Assembly (NCBI GenBank): GCA_965215125.1
Contig: OZ244052.1
Span: 2,080,001-2,144,000, forward strand
DNA: 64,000 nt
Origin: an uncultured candidatus Porisulfidus sp.
Lineage (GTDB): Bacteria; Pseudomonadota; Gammaproteobacteria; Poriferisulfidales; Oxydemutatoraceae
Reading direction: 5' to 3'
The position numbers were made by a program, and so were the translations under genes. Under the pieces are notes generated by a model. The model saw only the letters and a program-made list of their open reading frames with translations. It was not told the origin of the DNA and made no database searches. Below are positions 19,151-29,742 of the stretch, piece by piece (position 1 is the first letter of the stretch; each line of letters opens with the position of its first letter).

Positions 19151-20488
19151 ATGGAAGCGCAAAACACTCCGGAATATCTATCCGAGACACTACGAAGCGG
19201 CAAAGTAGATCAGGTGAGAAGATTATTGCGCAATTTGCATGCCGGTGAAATTGCCAATCTTTTGGAAGCCCTACCTATCCCTGAGCGCCGTATCGTATGG
19301 AAACTGACCGATGTCGCTTTAGAGGGCGATATCTTATTGGAAGTCAGCGAGGATGTGCGCGAAAACCTGATCGGACTGACCCGCGACGACGAATTGCTAC
19401 TTGCAACCGAGGGTATGGAAATAGATGATCTTGCCGACCTGATAGACACCTTGCCCGACACCGTGACCCGACAGCTGTTGGCAGGCATGGATGCACAAAA
19501 TCGCCGGCGTTTGGAACAGGTATTGTCTTACGATGCAGATACTGCAGGGGGGTTAATGAACCCCGATGTTTTGACGCTGCGTACCAATATCACCGTAGAT
19601 GTCGCAACACGCTATATCAAAATGAAAAAAACACTACCGCAACATACCGATAATTTGATCGTCGTCGATTATTCAAACCGCTACTCGGGAGTTGTATCGA
19701 TCGGCGATTTGATCACCTGCGATAAAGATACGCTGATTGCCGATTTGACGAACACCGAAGCAACCGCAATACCCGTTTCGATGCCGGCGAGCGAAGTCGT
19801 TGCGTTGTTTGAAGATAGAGACTTGGTGTCGGCTGCGGTCGTAGATATGGATAACAAAGTCGTCGGTCGCATTACCGTAGACGATGTCCTAGATGTACTG
19901 CGCAAAGAACCTCGGCAGGAGCGTATCGGTTTTGCCGGTGCTTCGGGCGAGGAAGATCTCTATGCGCCGGTTTTAAGTTCGGCTAGAAAACGTGCATCGT
20001 GGTTGGGAGTTAATTTACTCACTGCGTTTATCGCCGCTTGGTTTATCAGCCTGTTTGAAGATACTCTACAGCAAATTATTATACTTGCCGTTCTAGTACC
20101 GGTCGTCGCGAGCATGGGTGGGATAGCCGGTATTCAGACTTTGATGATTACGATACGCGGTCTGGCAACCAAACGTTTAACCGAGGGAAATCCTACCATG
20201 CTGTTGATCAGAGAAGCATCGGTAGGCTCCTTGAACGGTGTAATTTGGGCGATGATCGTCGCGACCATTACGATTTTGTGGGTTGACGATATCGGAGTAG
20301 GCATCATCATCGCCGTAGCGATTATCGTCAACTTGATTTGTGCTGCCGGTGCCGGTGTGATAATCCCCATTGTGTTAAAGAAATTCGGTGTAGACCCGGC
20401 ACTTGCCAGTAGCGTAGTGTTGACGACCATCACCGATATTATAGGTGTCGTAGTTTTTTTGGGATTGGCGACGGTGTTTTTGATATAG
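19151..20488 (+). CDS. mgtE: Magnesium transporter MgtE
   Basis: TAGGLM, CBS pair, GRITVDD, MGGIAG.Q and DPALASSVVLTTITD motifs. Confidence 0.95.
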   Translation: MEAQNTPEYLSETLRSGKVDQVRRLLRNLHAGEIANLLEALPIPERRIVWKLTDVALEGDILLEVSEDVRENLIGLTRDDELLLATEGMEIDDLADLIDTLPDTVTRQLLAGMDAQNRRRLEQVLSYDADTAGGLMNPDVLTLRTNITVDVATRYIKMKKTLPQHTDNLIVVDYSNRYSGVVSIGDLITCDKDTLIADLTNTEATAIPVSMPASEVVALFEDRDLVSAAVVDMDNKVVGRITVDDVLDVLRKEPRQERIGFAGASGEEDLYAPVLSSARKRASWLGVNLLTAFIAAWFISLFEDTLQQIIILAVLVPVVASMGGIAGIQTLMITIRGLATKRLTEGNPTMLLIREASVGSLNGVIWAMIVATITILWVDDIGVGIIIAVAIIVNLICAAGAGVIIPIVLKKFGVDPALASSVVLTTITDIIGVVVFLGLATVFLI

Positions 20489-20527
20489 GTTTACCGACGG
20501 CGTGATGCAATTATCCGTTAATATTTC

Positions 20528-21437
20528 CTAGGTATTCCAATCGTATTCCGAGAAAAAATCATATTTTTCAATAAGTGCTGCGATGTTGCGTTTTTCGTCT
20601 TTCGTCCAGTCATATCCATTGCGACTCTTATGAACTTCTTTATTAACTACGGAGACGCAATCATCCAGATAATCGGGAGAGACGGGTACTTGTAAAAAAT
20701 CGCAAATTTTAGCTAATTGTGAACGGGGATTCGCAACCATAGCTTCATGTCTAGCCATAAATACATTTTGAGGGTCGCTGTTTTTAAGAATTTCGACATT
20801 TTTCTCACAGAGATCTAAAAGTATATCTGCACTTTGCTTTTTTGCATATTTACTGTAAATGGTTCCTTCAGTATGCCACATTTTGGAACTATGTCTTTGC
20901 ATTGTTGCGTATATATCGTAAGGGTTACGGACTGTGAAAATAAATTTTAGGCCTATATTTCTTTCCGCTAATTTTTCTCTTAGGTCTTTTAGCATAGGAA
21001 CTTTGAAATCCTCTAGGTTCCATTCAGAGTCTTTGTTTCCTATGACTTTCAATTGTTTGAAAGAGCCTTGATACTGATTGGGAATTAAAATATACCTTGC
21101 TATTCTCTTTTTATAGGGACCTCTTCTGTATATTTGTATGTATGTTCATTATTTTTGTTAATATTTTATTATGATACATATTATGAAGTGACGGCATTCT
21201 TTTATCATGCTCTAACAGCCGATTAAATATTTTGTTCAAGTCACTTATTCCGTGTTTTTGTATGTATTGAATAGGATAAAATGCTTCATCGGCCATAACG
21301 ATATTAGGATGTGCCGTCAGCAAATAACCTAGTAATGAACCACCGGATCGAGGGAAACCGAATGTTAACGACATTATCCGAATATGCTTATAAGGTTGTT
21401 TGTGATTTTTAGAGATATATTTGAAGAAAGTTCTCAT
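20528..21437 (-). pseudogene. Sulfotransferase-family gene split by a frameshift
   Basis: The 5' part has the PAPS-binding loop GFPRSGGSL..LLTAHP. The 3' part, in another frame, reads PNQYQG..LKVIGNK...VRNPYD...RHEAMVANP. The gene is AT-rich. Confidence 0.75.
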
Positions 21438-21639
21438 GTTATCGCCTCTTCGGATATGCCGGAGGACTGATAGGCTAATATATTGTACAGGCCGGTTTCA
21501 TTATGACCCATATGTTGCTTCCTTATGGTCACTCTTATGTCGTTGGATTAAGTTTTTTGACTTTTCTAGCTTATCGGAAAAACTTATTTTAGCATTAGAT
21601 ACTAAATTCGTGGAGAATGTCAGGTTGATCTACGAGATT

Positions 21640-22653
21640 TTAATTATTCGGGCTTTGGTAAGTGCCTTCGGATGCTTGGCTATTGAGATATGCCAGCTCT
21701 CCGAATGTTTGTTGTGCTTCTGCGGTCTTGGATTCACCCCACAATTTCATTGCTTGCTGTTGTAGTCCGCGACCGTACGAAAAAGTGAGCCGCCATGGCG
21801 CACCTTCGCGTAATGCAAGACGATTGATTGCATCCAAATGGGCGGTTGCTTTTTCATCGCTTTGTCCGCCGGAAAGAAAAGCAATACCGGGAACCGCCGC
21901 CGGCACGGTAGATTTCAAGCAGGCAAGGGTATGTTCGGCAACCGTATTCACATCGGCTTGATCGGGACAATCGCTTCCCGATAAAACCATATTAGGTTTT
22001 AATACAATTCCGTTTAGCTGGACACCTTGAGTACGTAATTCACGAAACACTTCGTTTTGAGTACATTCGCTAACTTCATAGCAATCTTCTATACTGTGTT
22101 GTCCGTCCATGAGCACCTCGGGTTCGACGATAGGCACTATATTTTGTTCTTGACATAATGCCGCATAACGCGCCAGCGCATGGGCATTCGCATGGATACA
22201 AGCCGAAGACGGCATATCGCCGCCAATAGTAATGACCGCACGCCATTTTGCGAAACGCGCACCCATCTCGGCGTATTCTTTCAGACGCTCGCGCAACCCG
22301 TCCAAACCTTCGGTAATCTTTTCACCTTCGTAGCCGGCGAGTGCTTTGGCACCTTGGTCTACTTTGATTCCGGGAATAATGCCTCTAGCTTCAAGGTGTT
22401 TCGCAAAAGGGACACCGTCGTCGGTTTTTTGGCGTATCGTTTCGTCAAAGAGGATAGCGGCGGAGATGTATTGTTCTATGTCGGGTGTGGTGACCAAAAC
22501 GCTACGATAGCTTTTGCGGTTCTCTTCGGTTGTAGGGATGCCTAACTTTGCAAAACGTTTGTCGCAGGTAGGCTTGCTTTCGTCCATTGCCAAGATACCT
22601 TTGCCGGGTGCGACCATGGCTTGGGCGGTCGCGTGCAGTGTTTCCGAATTCAT
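21640..22653 (-). CDS. fba: Fructose-bisphosphate aldolase class I
   Basis: GKGILAMDES, ILFDET, GIKVD, FAKWR, VPIVEPEV, LKPNM, FLSGGQS and TFSYGR motifs. Confidence 0.96.
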   Translation of the reverse strand: MNSETLHATAQAMVAPGKGILAMDESKPTCDKRFAKLGIPTTEENRKSYRSVLVTTPDIEQYISAAILFDETIRQKTDDGVPFAKHLEARGIIPGIKVDQGAKALAGYEGEKITEGLDGLRERLKEYAEMGARFAKWRAVITIGGDMPSSACIHANAHALARYAALCQEQNIVPIVEPEVLMDGQHSIEDCYEVSECTQNEVFRELRTQGVQLNGIVLKPNMVLSGSDCPDQADVNTVAEHTLACLKSTVPAAVPGIAFLSGGQSDEKATAHLDAINRLALREGAPWRLTFSYGRGLQQQAMKLWGESKTAEAQQTFGELAYLNSQASEGTYQSPNN

Positions 22654-22769
22654 AACAGACGATTATACGAATTTGACGAAGTTTTTCAATGTTTGTAGAA
22701 CCACGAGTTAAAGTCCACCCTCAAGGGAAATGATCGGGGGCGGAATAGGGGTGTCGGCAGGAATAAAAG

Positions 22770-22982
22770 CTAAAAAAATAATTTTATCAGTATAGCGACA
22801 TTCATAACAAATATTAAGCCTAATACCCAACGCATATATTTAAGCTCTATTTCTAGCCTTGTTATATCCGCCTTCGTTGCTACGTCCTTTGAACTTGCAA
22901 CATCGGCGATCGCTTCCTTTATCTCCGTATCGGTTGCATCAGGTATACGCTTAAATAAATTATATAGAGATATTTCTGACAT
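22770..22982 (-). CDS. Small coiled-coil protein with a C-terminal TM helix (DUF1640/CCDC90-like)
   Basis: VATKADI..LE.ELK..RW followed by a hydrophobic tail. AGGAG RBS. Paralog at 63-224. Confidence 0.75.
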   Translation of the reverse strand: MSEISLYNLFKRIPDATDTEIKEAIADVASSKDVATKADITRLEIELKYMRWVLGLIFVMNVAILIKLFF

Positions 22983-23057
22983 CTCTATTTACTCCTGCTA
23001 AAAGTCTAATTTTACCATATTTCTCCGATTCTATCGGCTTAGCTCAAAACCTCCAAC

Positions 23058-23143
23058 ATGTTGAAGTTCTGCACAGCGTCGCTCCGATTGAACTTGTAAG
23101 GACGGACTTATATGTCCGCCTGGTAGCTCAATCGGCGGTTCTG
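23058..23143. repeat. Hairpin repeat variant overlapping the pyk 3' end
   Basis: catgttgaagttctg...ccgattga[...cggacttatatgtccg...]tcaatcggcggttct resembles 452-510, with a different palindrome in the loop. Confidence 0.75.
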
Positions 23144-24585
23144 CCGACATGGATGATTTTCATTGCGTTGGTGCCGCCGTGTTGTCCTTTTTTATCGCCT
23201 TTGGTGATAATGACTACCGAGTCTTTATCAAAGCGGTGATAAGGTTTTAAGGCGTTGACGACTTCTTGATTAATGTCGCCGGAATGATCGCCTTGCAATA
23301 GTACCGGGTAGACACCGCGATAGAGCGTTACTTTACGGCAGGTTTCTACATGATGGGTGAGGGCATAAATCGGTATCTTAGAGACGAGGCGGGACAGCCA
23401 TTTGGTGGTAGACCCCGACTCGGTCATCGCCGCAATTGCCGAAACATTTAAGTGGTTTGCGGTGTAGATTGCCGAAAGCGCAATGGCTTGATCGAATTTA
23501 TATATCTGTTGGTTCAATAGATAATCGTTGCTGTGTTGGGTGATATCGCCTTGCTCGGCACCTTGACAAATACGGCTCATCGTTTTCACGACCAGTGCCG
23601 GATGTTTGCCGATTGCCGACTCGGCAGACAACATCAATGCGTCGGAACCGTCCAAGACGGCATTTGCGACATCCGATATTTCGGCTCGGGTCGGTACACT
23701 GCTGTCGATCATAGATTGCAACATCTCGGTTGCAGTGATGACGATGCAGTTATGTGCCCGTGCTTTAACGATGAGTTGTTTTTGCACCGCGGTCAAAGCT
23801 GCGTCTCCGATTTCAATGCTGAGATCGCCTCTGGCAATCATCACGCCGTCTACGACTTCGAGTATGTCGTCGATACAATCGAGTGCCTCGCTGCGTTCAA
23901 TTTTGGCAATCAGTGCGGCATTTCCACCCGCCTGTTGCATCAGTTTTTTTGCGTAAAGCATATCTTCGGGACTCTTGGGAAAGGAAACCGCTAGATAATC
24001 CACTCCTATCTTCGTTGCAAGTTCAATGTCCAATTTGTCTTTATCGGTGATGGTTTGTGCCGACAAACCGCCGCCGCGCCGATTGACACCTTTATTGTTC
24101 GATAGCACGCCATCGATTTTAACCGTCGTTATTACTTGTCGATCCTTTATTTGCTCTACTTCCAGAGTGATGCGACCGTCGTCGAGTAGTAGTTCGTCTC
24201 CTTTTTTGACATCTTTATAGAGGTCTGCATAACTTATGCCTACGCGATTCTCGTCGCCGGCGTTTTGTTCCAATCCGGCATCCAAAATGAAACGCTGTCC
24301 TGTTTTGAGTTCTATTCGGTCGTTGACGAAGCGTTGTATTCTTATTTTAGGTCCTTGCAAATCACCGAGTATACCAATGTGGTATTTTTTTTGTGCCGAT
24401 ACCTTGCGTACCAGTTGGGCGTGCCGAAGTTGCTCGTCGGCATCGCCGTGCGAGAAATTCATTCTGACCACATCTACACCGGCGTCTATGAGTTCTCTGA
24501 TTGTTTGCTCGTTGTCGGTAGCAGGACCTAAGGTCGTGATGATTTTTGTGGTTCTAGGTTTTTGGGCAGGATTGATTTCGGTCAT
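23128..24585 (-). CDS. pyk: Pyruvate kinase
   Basis: TKIITTLGPAT, RMNFSHG, DLQGPKIR, IAKIE, ARGDL and PTRAE motifs. Confidence 0.97.
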   Translation of the reverse strand: MTEINPAQKPRTTKIITTLGPATDNEQTIRELIDAGVDVVRMNFSHGDADEQLRHAQLVRKVSAQKKYHIGILGDLQGPKIRIQRFVNDRIELKTGQRFILDAGLEQNAGDENRVGISYADLYKDVKKGDELLLDDGRITLEVEQIKDRQVITTVKIDGVLSNNKGVNRRGGGLSAQTITDKDKLDIELATKIGVDYLAVSFPKSPEDMLYAKKLMQQAGGNAALIAKIERSEALDCIDDILEVVDGVMIARGDLSIEIGDAALTAVQKQLIVKARAHNCIVITATEMLQSMIDSSVPTRAEISDVANAVLDGSDALMLSAESAIGKHPALVVKTMSRICQGAEQGDITQHSNDYLLNQQIYKFDQAIALSAIYTANHLNVSAIAAMTESGSTTKWLSRLVSKIPIYALTHHVETCRKVTLYRGVYPVLLQGDHSGDINQEVVNALKPYHRFDKDSVVIITKGDKKGQHGGTNAMKIIHVGRTAD

Positions 24586-24600
24586 CGTTAATGTGCCGGG

Positions 24601-24918
24601 TGAGGTTGTTGAAAAAGTATCCCCGAACTGTAGGGACGGTACATTCCCCTCCTGTAGAGGGGTGGCAGGCTTCGCCTGACGGGGTGGTGGTGTCGTATCT
24701 GCACTATTTTATAAATTCATCTAATTTATGGAAACCAAAACCATACGGCGCAAGCGGTTAGGTTTGTGCCGAACGGTAGTTAAGGGCAGACATCAGAGTT
24801 GCCGATTGACCTACCGGCTCAATCGGCGGCTTTATATTGTCTCTACAGGTGGTTTGGATAATTATGTGGCGCACAGCGGTTGGATTTGTTCGATGTCCGC
24901 ACTTTTTCAACAATCTCA
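24601..24918. mobile_element. 318-bp composite MITE with 18-bp terminal inverted repeats
   Basis: tgaggttgttgaaaaagt ... actttttcaacaatctca (17/18 match), enclosing several modules shared with the other repeat clusters. Confidence 0.85.
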
Positions 24919-24980
24919 TATGTCCGCCCGAATATATCCTATCTGTACGATTAGCGTATTTACTCATTGATTTTTGCAAA

Positions 24981-26183
24981 CTATACATCGTTTGCCGCCT
25001 TGTGTTTCAGCATCGTCAAGGCAGGCAATTCCTGTCCCGAGACAAGTTCCAGAAAAGCACCGCCGCCGGTAGAGATATACATATTATCTCTTTGCAGTTC
25101 AAACTTTTTTATTGCCGCAAGCGTATCTCCGCCACCGGCGACGACATGTGCCGAGCTTTGTTTGATCGCTTGCACGAGTGCCCGGGTGCCGTCGGCAAAG
25201 GGCGCATATTCAAAGGCACCGAGCGGACCGTTCCATAACACGCAATCGGCTTCGGCTATTGCATTGCCGTAGACGGCTTGTGTTGCCGTGCCTATATCCA
25301 ATATCATTTCGTCTGCCTGTACATTATCTATAGTTTTGCATACCGTGTTGCTGCTTTCCGATAATTCTTTTGCGCATATCACATCGGACGGCAACAACAG
25401 CCGCTTGTGTTGCTCTTTCATTTTATACTGTAACTCAACACCGAAGGAGACGAGGTCTTTTTCATACAACGAGCGTCCTATATTATAGCCGGTTGCGACA
25501 ATAAAGTTATTCGCGATGCCGCCGCCTATAATCAAGGTGTCTACATGTTCCGATAAAGCCGATAGTAGTTCTAGCTTGCCCGATACTTTAGAACCACCGA
25601 CAACGGCAACGCGTTGTAGATACGGTGGATCGTCGGTCTCGTTATTTCCTAGGGCGTTGCGAATCTCGTGGATTTCTCGTGCGAACAACGAACCTGCGCA
25701 AGCGGTTTTTGCATACTTTATGGCTTTGTGCGTGGAGGCGTGGGCGCGGTGTGCGCACCCGAAGGCGTTCATCACATAGATATCACAAAGATTTGCCAAG
25801 CGGCTTGCCAGTGTGTCGTCGTCTTCAAGCTCGCCGGATTCAAAACGGATATTTTCGTACATTATAAGTTCTCCGGGCTGCACGGTGATATCGCTCGAAT
25901 AATCGGAAACTAAAGATACGGTTTTACCCAGCAACTCGGATAAGTGCGATGCCACCGGCTGCAGGGAAAATGCCCGATTATTATCGCTTGTCTCGGGACG
26001 CCCCAAATGCGAGATCAGCGACAACGCGGCACCTGCATCTAAAGCTGTTTTTATATCGGGCAGGCAAGCACGAATTCTTTGATCGTCGCTTACCGTGCCT
26101 TCGTCAACGGGAACATTCATATCGACGCGCATCATCACTCGCTTGTTTGCGAGTGCGACTTGATCCATGCGTAGAAATTCCAT
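24981..26183 (-). CDS. pgk: Phosphoglycerate kinase
   Basis: RVDMNVP, SHLGRP, AHRAHAS, GGSKVS, WNGPLG and STGGGAFLE motifs. Confidence 0.97.
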   Translation of the reverse strand: MEFLRMDQVALANKRVMMRVDMNVPVDEGTVSDDQRIRACLPDIKTALDAGAALSLISHLGRPETSDNNRAFSLQPVASHLSELLGKTVSLVSDYSSDITVQPGELIMYENIRFESGELEDDDTLASRLANLCDIYVMNAFGCAHRAHASTHKAIKYAKTACAGSLFAREIHEIRNALGNNETDDPPYLQRVAVVGGSKVSGKLELLSALSEHVDTLIIGGGIANNFIVATGYNIGRSLYEKDLVSFGVELQYKMKEQHKRLLLPSDVICAKELSESSNTVCKTIDNVQADEMILDIGTATQAVYGNAIAEADCVLWNGPLGAFEYAPFADGTRALVQAIKQSSAHVVAGGGDTLAAIKKFELQRDNMYISTGGGAFLELVSGQELPALTMLKHKAANDV

Positions 26184-26212
26184 ATAGGTCCGAGAGCGAA
26201 TTATCGTTTAAT

Positions 26213-27226
26213 TTATTTTGTGCGCATCAATACTTCCGACATATCGATCATCCGACACGCATAAGCCCACTCGTTATCGTACCACGCCGACACCTTGACC
26301 AGAGTGTCTTGCATCACTTGGCTTAGGGTCGAGTCATAAACTGCCGATACCGGATTATGGTTGAAGTCGCAAGACACCAGAGGCTCATCGTTGTATGCGA
26401 TGATGCCTTGCATCGAACCCTGCGCCGCTGCGAGTACGGCATCGTTCACCGCTTGCTTGTTCGTAGGACCGGAGGCGGTAAAAGTGAAATCAACCAGAGA
26501 TACATTTAAGGTCGGAATACGCAACGCATAACCGTGCAATTTTCCGGCTAATTCCGGTAGCACCAACCCGACCGCCTTAGCCGCACCGGTTTTGGTCGGA
26601 ACGATAGAGGTCGTCGCCGATCGCGCCCGCCGCAGTTCTTTATGCGGAGAGTCAATCAATACCTGATCGTTGGTGTAGGCGTGTATCGTGGTCAATAAAC
26701 CGTGTTCTATGCCGACTGCCTCGGACAACACTTTGGCAACCGGGGCTAAGCAGTTCGTCGTACACGAGGCATTCGAAACGATGCGATCTTCGGCTTTTAA
26801 CAGCCCTTCGTTGACACCGTAGACCACGGTTGCATCTACATCGGCTTGGCCGGGTGCCGATATCAATACTTTGCGTGCACCGCCGTTCAAGTGTGCTTGT
26901 GCAAGTGCCTTGCTCTTGAACTTGCCGGTACATTCGCAAACCACATCCACACCGACTTCGTGCCAAGGAATCTTGGTCGGATCACGCTCCGAATAAACTC
27001 TAATCAAGTCCCCGTTGATACTCAGATGTTTATCGTCGGCGATCTGCACATCGGCGTTGAAATGGCCGTGTGTCGTGTCGTGTCGTGTCAGATACAATAC
27101 GGTTTCCAGATCGGTGCTTGCATTGATTGCAGCTAAGCGAATTTTATCGGTGCGACGATACTCGTATAAAGCTCGTACGATGCAACGCCCGATGCGCCCG
27201 TATCCGCTAATCGCGATGTTAATCAT
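26213..27226 (-). CDS. gap: Type I glyceraldehyde-3-phosphate dehydrogenase
   Basis: [36 protein letters not shown] and WYDNEW motifs. Confidence 0.92.
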   Translation of the reverse strand: MINIAISGYGRIGRCIVRALYEYRRTDKIRLAAINASTDLETVLYLTRHDTTHGHFNADVQIADDKHLSINGDLIRVYSERDPTKIPWHEVGVDVVCECTGKFKSKALAQAHLNGGARKVLISAPGQADVDATVVYGVNEGLLKAEDRIVSNASCTTNCLAPVAKVLSEAVGIEHGLLTTIHAYTNDQVLIDSPHKELRRARSATTSIVPTKTGAAKAVGLVLPELAGKLHGYALRIPTLNVSLVDFTFTASGPTNKQAVNDAVLAAAQGSMQGIIAYNDEPLVSCDFNHNPVSAVYDSTLSQVMQDTLVKVSAWYDNEWAYACRMIDMSEVLMRTK

Positions 27227-29228
27227 TGATACTCCTATGATGTTGGTTGATTAAAGATTGTGCCGTTGCGTAGATATTTTCTACGCTGAAGCCGAAGTGT
27301 TCGAATAAATCTTTGCCCGGTGCCGATGCGCCGTAGGTGTCTATGCCGATTATTGCGCCGTTTGTTCCTACATATCGGTACCACCAATCGCCTTTGCCGG
27401 CTTCTATCACTAATTTCGGAACCGTCGGCGGCAACACCGTTTCTCTATAGCTTTGCGGTTGGCGGTCGAAGACCTCGGCACAGGGTACCGACACTAAATT
27501 GACTCGATAATTGTCTTCGTTTAGCCGCTCGCAAAGCTGCGATGCCAATGCCACTTCGGAACCTGTTGCGATAATAATCAACGAAGGCTCCGAAGTTTCG
27601 CACAATAGATAAGCACCTTTGCATATAAGTTGTAATTGCTCGTCCGATCTATCGCAATGCACCAGAGTTTGTCGCGACAAAACCAGTGCACTCGGGTGAT
27701 CTTCGGCTTCTATCGCAGCTTTCCATGCGACTGCGGTCTCTACCGAGTCGCAAGGTCTCCACACATCCAAGCCGGGCATCAGGCGCAAACTGCCCAGATG
27801 TTCTATCGGTTGATGCGTAGGACCGTCTTCGCCTAGACCTATAGAATCGTGGGTATAGATAAAGACGACTTTTTTTCCCATCATTGCCGAAAGGCGTAAC
27901 GCATTGCGAGCGTAGTCCGAGAATACCAAAAAGGTAGCCGCAAACGGAATGAACCCGCCGTGCAGTGCGATGCCGTTGGCAATCGCCGACATCGCAAACT
28001 CGCGCACCCCGAAATAAATGTAGTTACCGTCGTGTTGTTCGGCATCTATGGCTCGGCTACCCTCCCATAGTGTGCCGTTTGAGCCTGCCAAATCGGCGGA
28101 GCCGCCGATTAATTCCGGCAAACATTCGCTGAACGATGCCAGTGTTCGACAGGAGGCTTGGCGAGTTGCGAGTGCTTTCTTTTGTTTGTGATTTTGTTCA
28201 ATCCATTGTGTTGCGCGGTTTTGCCAATCGCTCGGCAGTTTTCCGCGTATACGACGTTTGAATTCCTCTGCCAATTCGGGATATTCCGACCGATACGCAG
28301 CTAATTTTTCCTGCCAATTTGATTGTTGTATGTGGCCTTTTCCTTTGGCATCCCACGCCGAGCGTATCTCGTCCGGTATTTCAAACGGTGGGTGGTGCCA
28401 ATCTAAGGTTGCTCGGGCTTGTGCGATTGCCTCAAAGCCCAAAGGCGCACCGTGTACCGACTCACTGCCTTGCTTCGGTGAACCGTAGCCGATAATCGTT
28501 TTACAGCACAGCAAGCTGGGTGCCGGGTTTGAACGTGCGGCTTCAATCGCCTCGGCAATGGCGATGGGGTCGTGTCCGTCTATTTCGTGAATCACATGCC
28601 AGCCGTATGCTTCGAAACGCTTGGGTGTATCGTCGCCGAACCATTTTTGTACCGGTCCGTCTATAGAGATGCCGTTGTCGTCGTAAAAGACGATGAGCTT
28701 GCCGAGTTTCAAAGTCCCTGCCAGCGAGGACGCTTCGTGGGAGATGCCTTCCATCAAACAGCCGTCACCGGCGAATACATAGCTGTAATGATCGACGATA
28801 TTAAAGTTGCCACGGTTAAAATGTTGTGCCATAGTGCGTTCTGCAATCGCCATCCCGACTGCGTTTGCCAGCCCTTGCCCGAGCGGCCCGGTGGTGGCTT
28901 CTACGCCTACGGTGATACCGAACTCTGGATGTCCGGGCGTTGTCGAACCTAATTGTCTAAAGCGTGTAATGTCTGTTATGCCGAGCGGGTAGCCGCTGAG
29001 ATGCAGCAATGCATAATGCAACATGCAACCATGACCGTTTGAAAGCATAAAGCGATCTCTATCAAACCAAGTGCTATCGCCGGGGTTGTGTTTCAGATAA
29101 TCGTTCCATAATACCTCGGCGATATCCGCCATGCCCATAGGCATGCCGGGGTGCCCGGAGCGCGCTTTCTGTACGGCATCCATGCTCAGAGCTCTAATCG
29201 CATTAGCGAGCTGTTTACGGGGTGGCAT
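27219..29228 (-). CDS. tkt: Transketolase
   Basis: [32 protein letters not shown] and [15 protein letters not shown] motifs. Confidence 0.97.
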   Translation of the reverse strand: MPPRKQLANAIRALSMDAVQKARSGHPGMPMGMADIAEVLWNDYLKHNPGDSTWFDRDRFMLSNGHGCMLHYALLHLSGYPLGITDITRFRQLGSTTPGHPEFGITVGVEATTGPLGQGLANAVGMAIAERTMAQHFNRGNFNIVDHYSYVFAGDGCLMEGISHEASSLAGTLKLGKLIVFYDDNGISIDGPVQKWFGDDTPKRFEAYGWHVIHEIDGHDPIAIAEAIEAARSNPAPSLLCCKTIIGYGSPKQGSESVHGAPLGFEAIAQARATLDWHHPPFEIPDEIRSAWDAKGKGHIQQSNWQEKLAAYRSEYPELAEEFKRRIRGKLPSDWQNRATQWIEQNHKQKKALATRQASCRTLASFSECLPELIGGSADLAGSNGTLWEGSRAIDAEQHDGNYIYFGVREFAMSAIANGIALHGGFIPFAATFLVFSDYARNALRLSAMMGKKVVFIYTHDSIGLGEDGPTHQPIEHLGSLRLMPGLDVWRPCDSVETAVAWKAAIEAEDHPSALVLSRQTLVHCDRSDEQLQLICKGAYLLCETSEPSLIIIATGSEVALASQLCERLNEDNYRVNLVSVPCAEVFDRQPQSYRETVLPPTVPKLVIEAGKGDWWYRYVGTNGAIIGIDTYGASAPGKDLFEHFGFSVENIYATAQSLINQHHRSIND

Positions 29229-29420
29229 CACAAAAAGAATGTCAATTTTGTATTTTGTAAATCAGGGTGCATTTTGTGCCATAGTATACTACATAAATAT
29301 ATATCGGGCTATGATAAGCACTCGCCCTGAAAGCCGCAATGTTTATGCAACCGCAGTGTGAACTACATGCATAGGGTGAGGGAAAAATAAAGCTCTCGGC
29401 TAAAGATTTCCGGCTGATGA

Positions 29421-29504
29421 TACCGAGGGTGGGACTCGAACCCACACGGGTTTAACCCCACTGGATTTTGAGTCCAGCGCGTCTACCTGTTTCGCCACCT
29501 CGGC
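29421..29504 (-). tRNA. tRNA-Leu (anticodon CAA)
   Basis: The reverse complement GCCGAGGTGGCGAAACAGGTAGACGCGCTGGACT-CAA-AATCCAGTGGGGTTAAACCCGTGTGGGTTCGAGTCCCACCCTCGGTA folds as a cloverleaf with a long variable arm. Confidence 0.95.
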
Positions 29505-29733
29505 AGCAAGGCTACATTATAGACTAATCTATCCTATCTATACGATGAACCGTAGGGCAACGCCGGCATGCATCTACCTATGCATTTATCTTATATCGAA
29601 TAAGCCGGATTTTGATACTTGCTCTCCCTGAAGTATCGTTATTACAGAAACCTAACCGCTTATGCTATCAAATTAAGGTTGCTATAAATCAAATGGATTC
29701 AATGTATATAAATGTGCCGAATTATCCATTAAA

Positions 29734-29742
29734 TGTTATAAT
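29734..29742 (+). promoter_or_regulatory. Candidate extended -10 promoter of the giant gene
   Basis: TGTTATAAT (TGn-TATAAT), 38 nt upstream of ATG 29781. Confidence 0.45.

Noticed and set aside
194-24988. Short ORFs with mutual similarity (194-454 and 7892-8203; 4570-4827 and the 8355 N-extension; 4706-4903 and 24728-24970)
   Set aside because: They are translations of the MITE/REP repeats, not protein families.
26213-27226. Erythrose-4-phosphate dehydrogenase (epd) instead of gap
   Set aside because: [15 protein letters not shown] and TGAAKAVG match GAPDH better. It is not fully excluded without a phylogeny.
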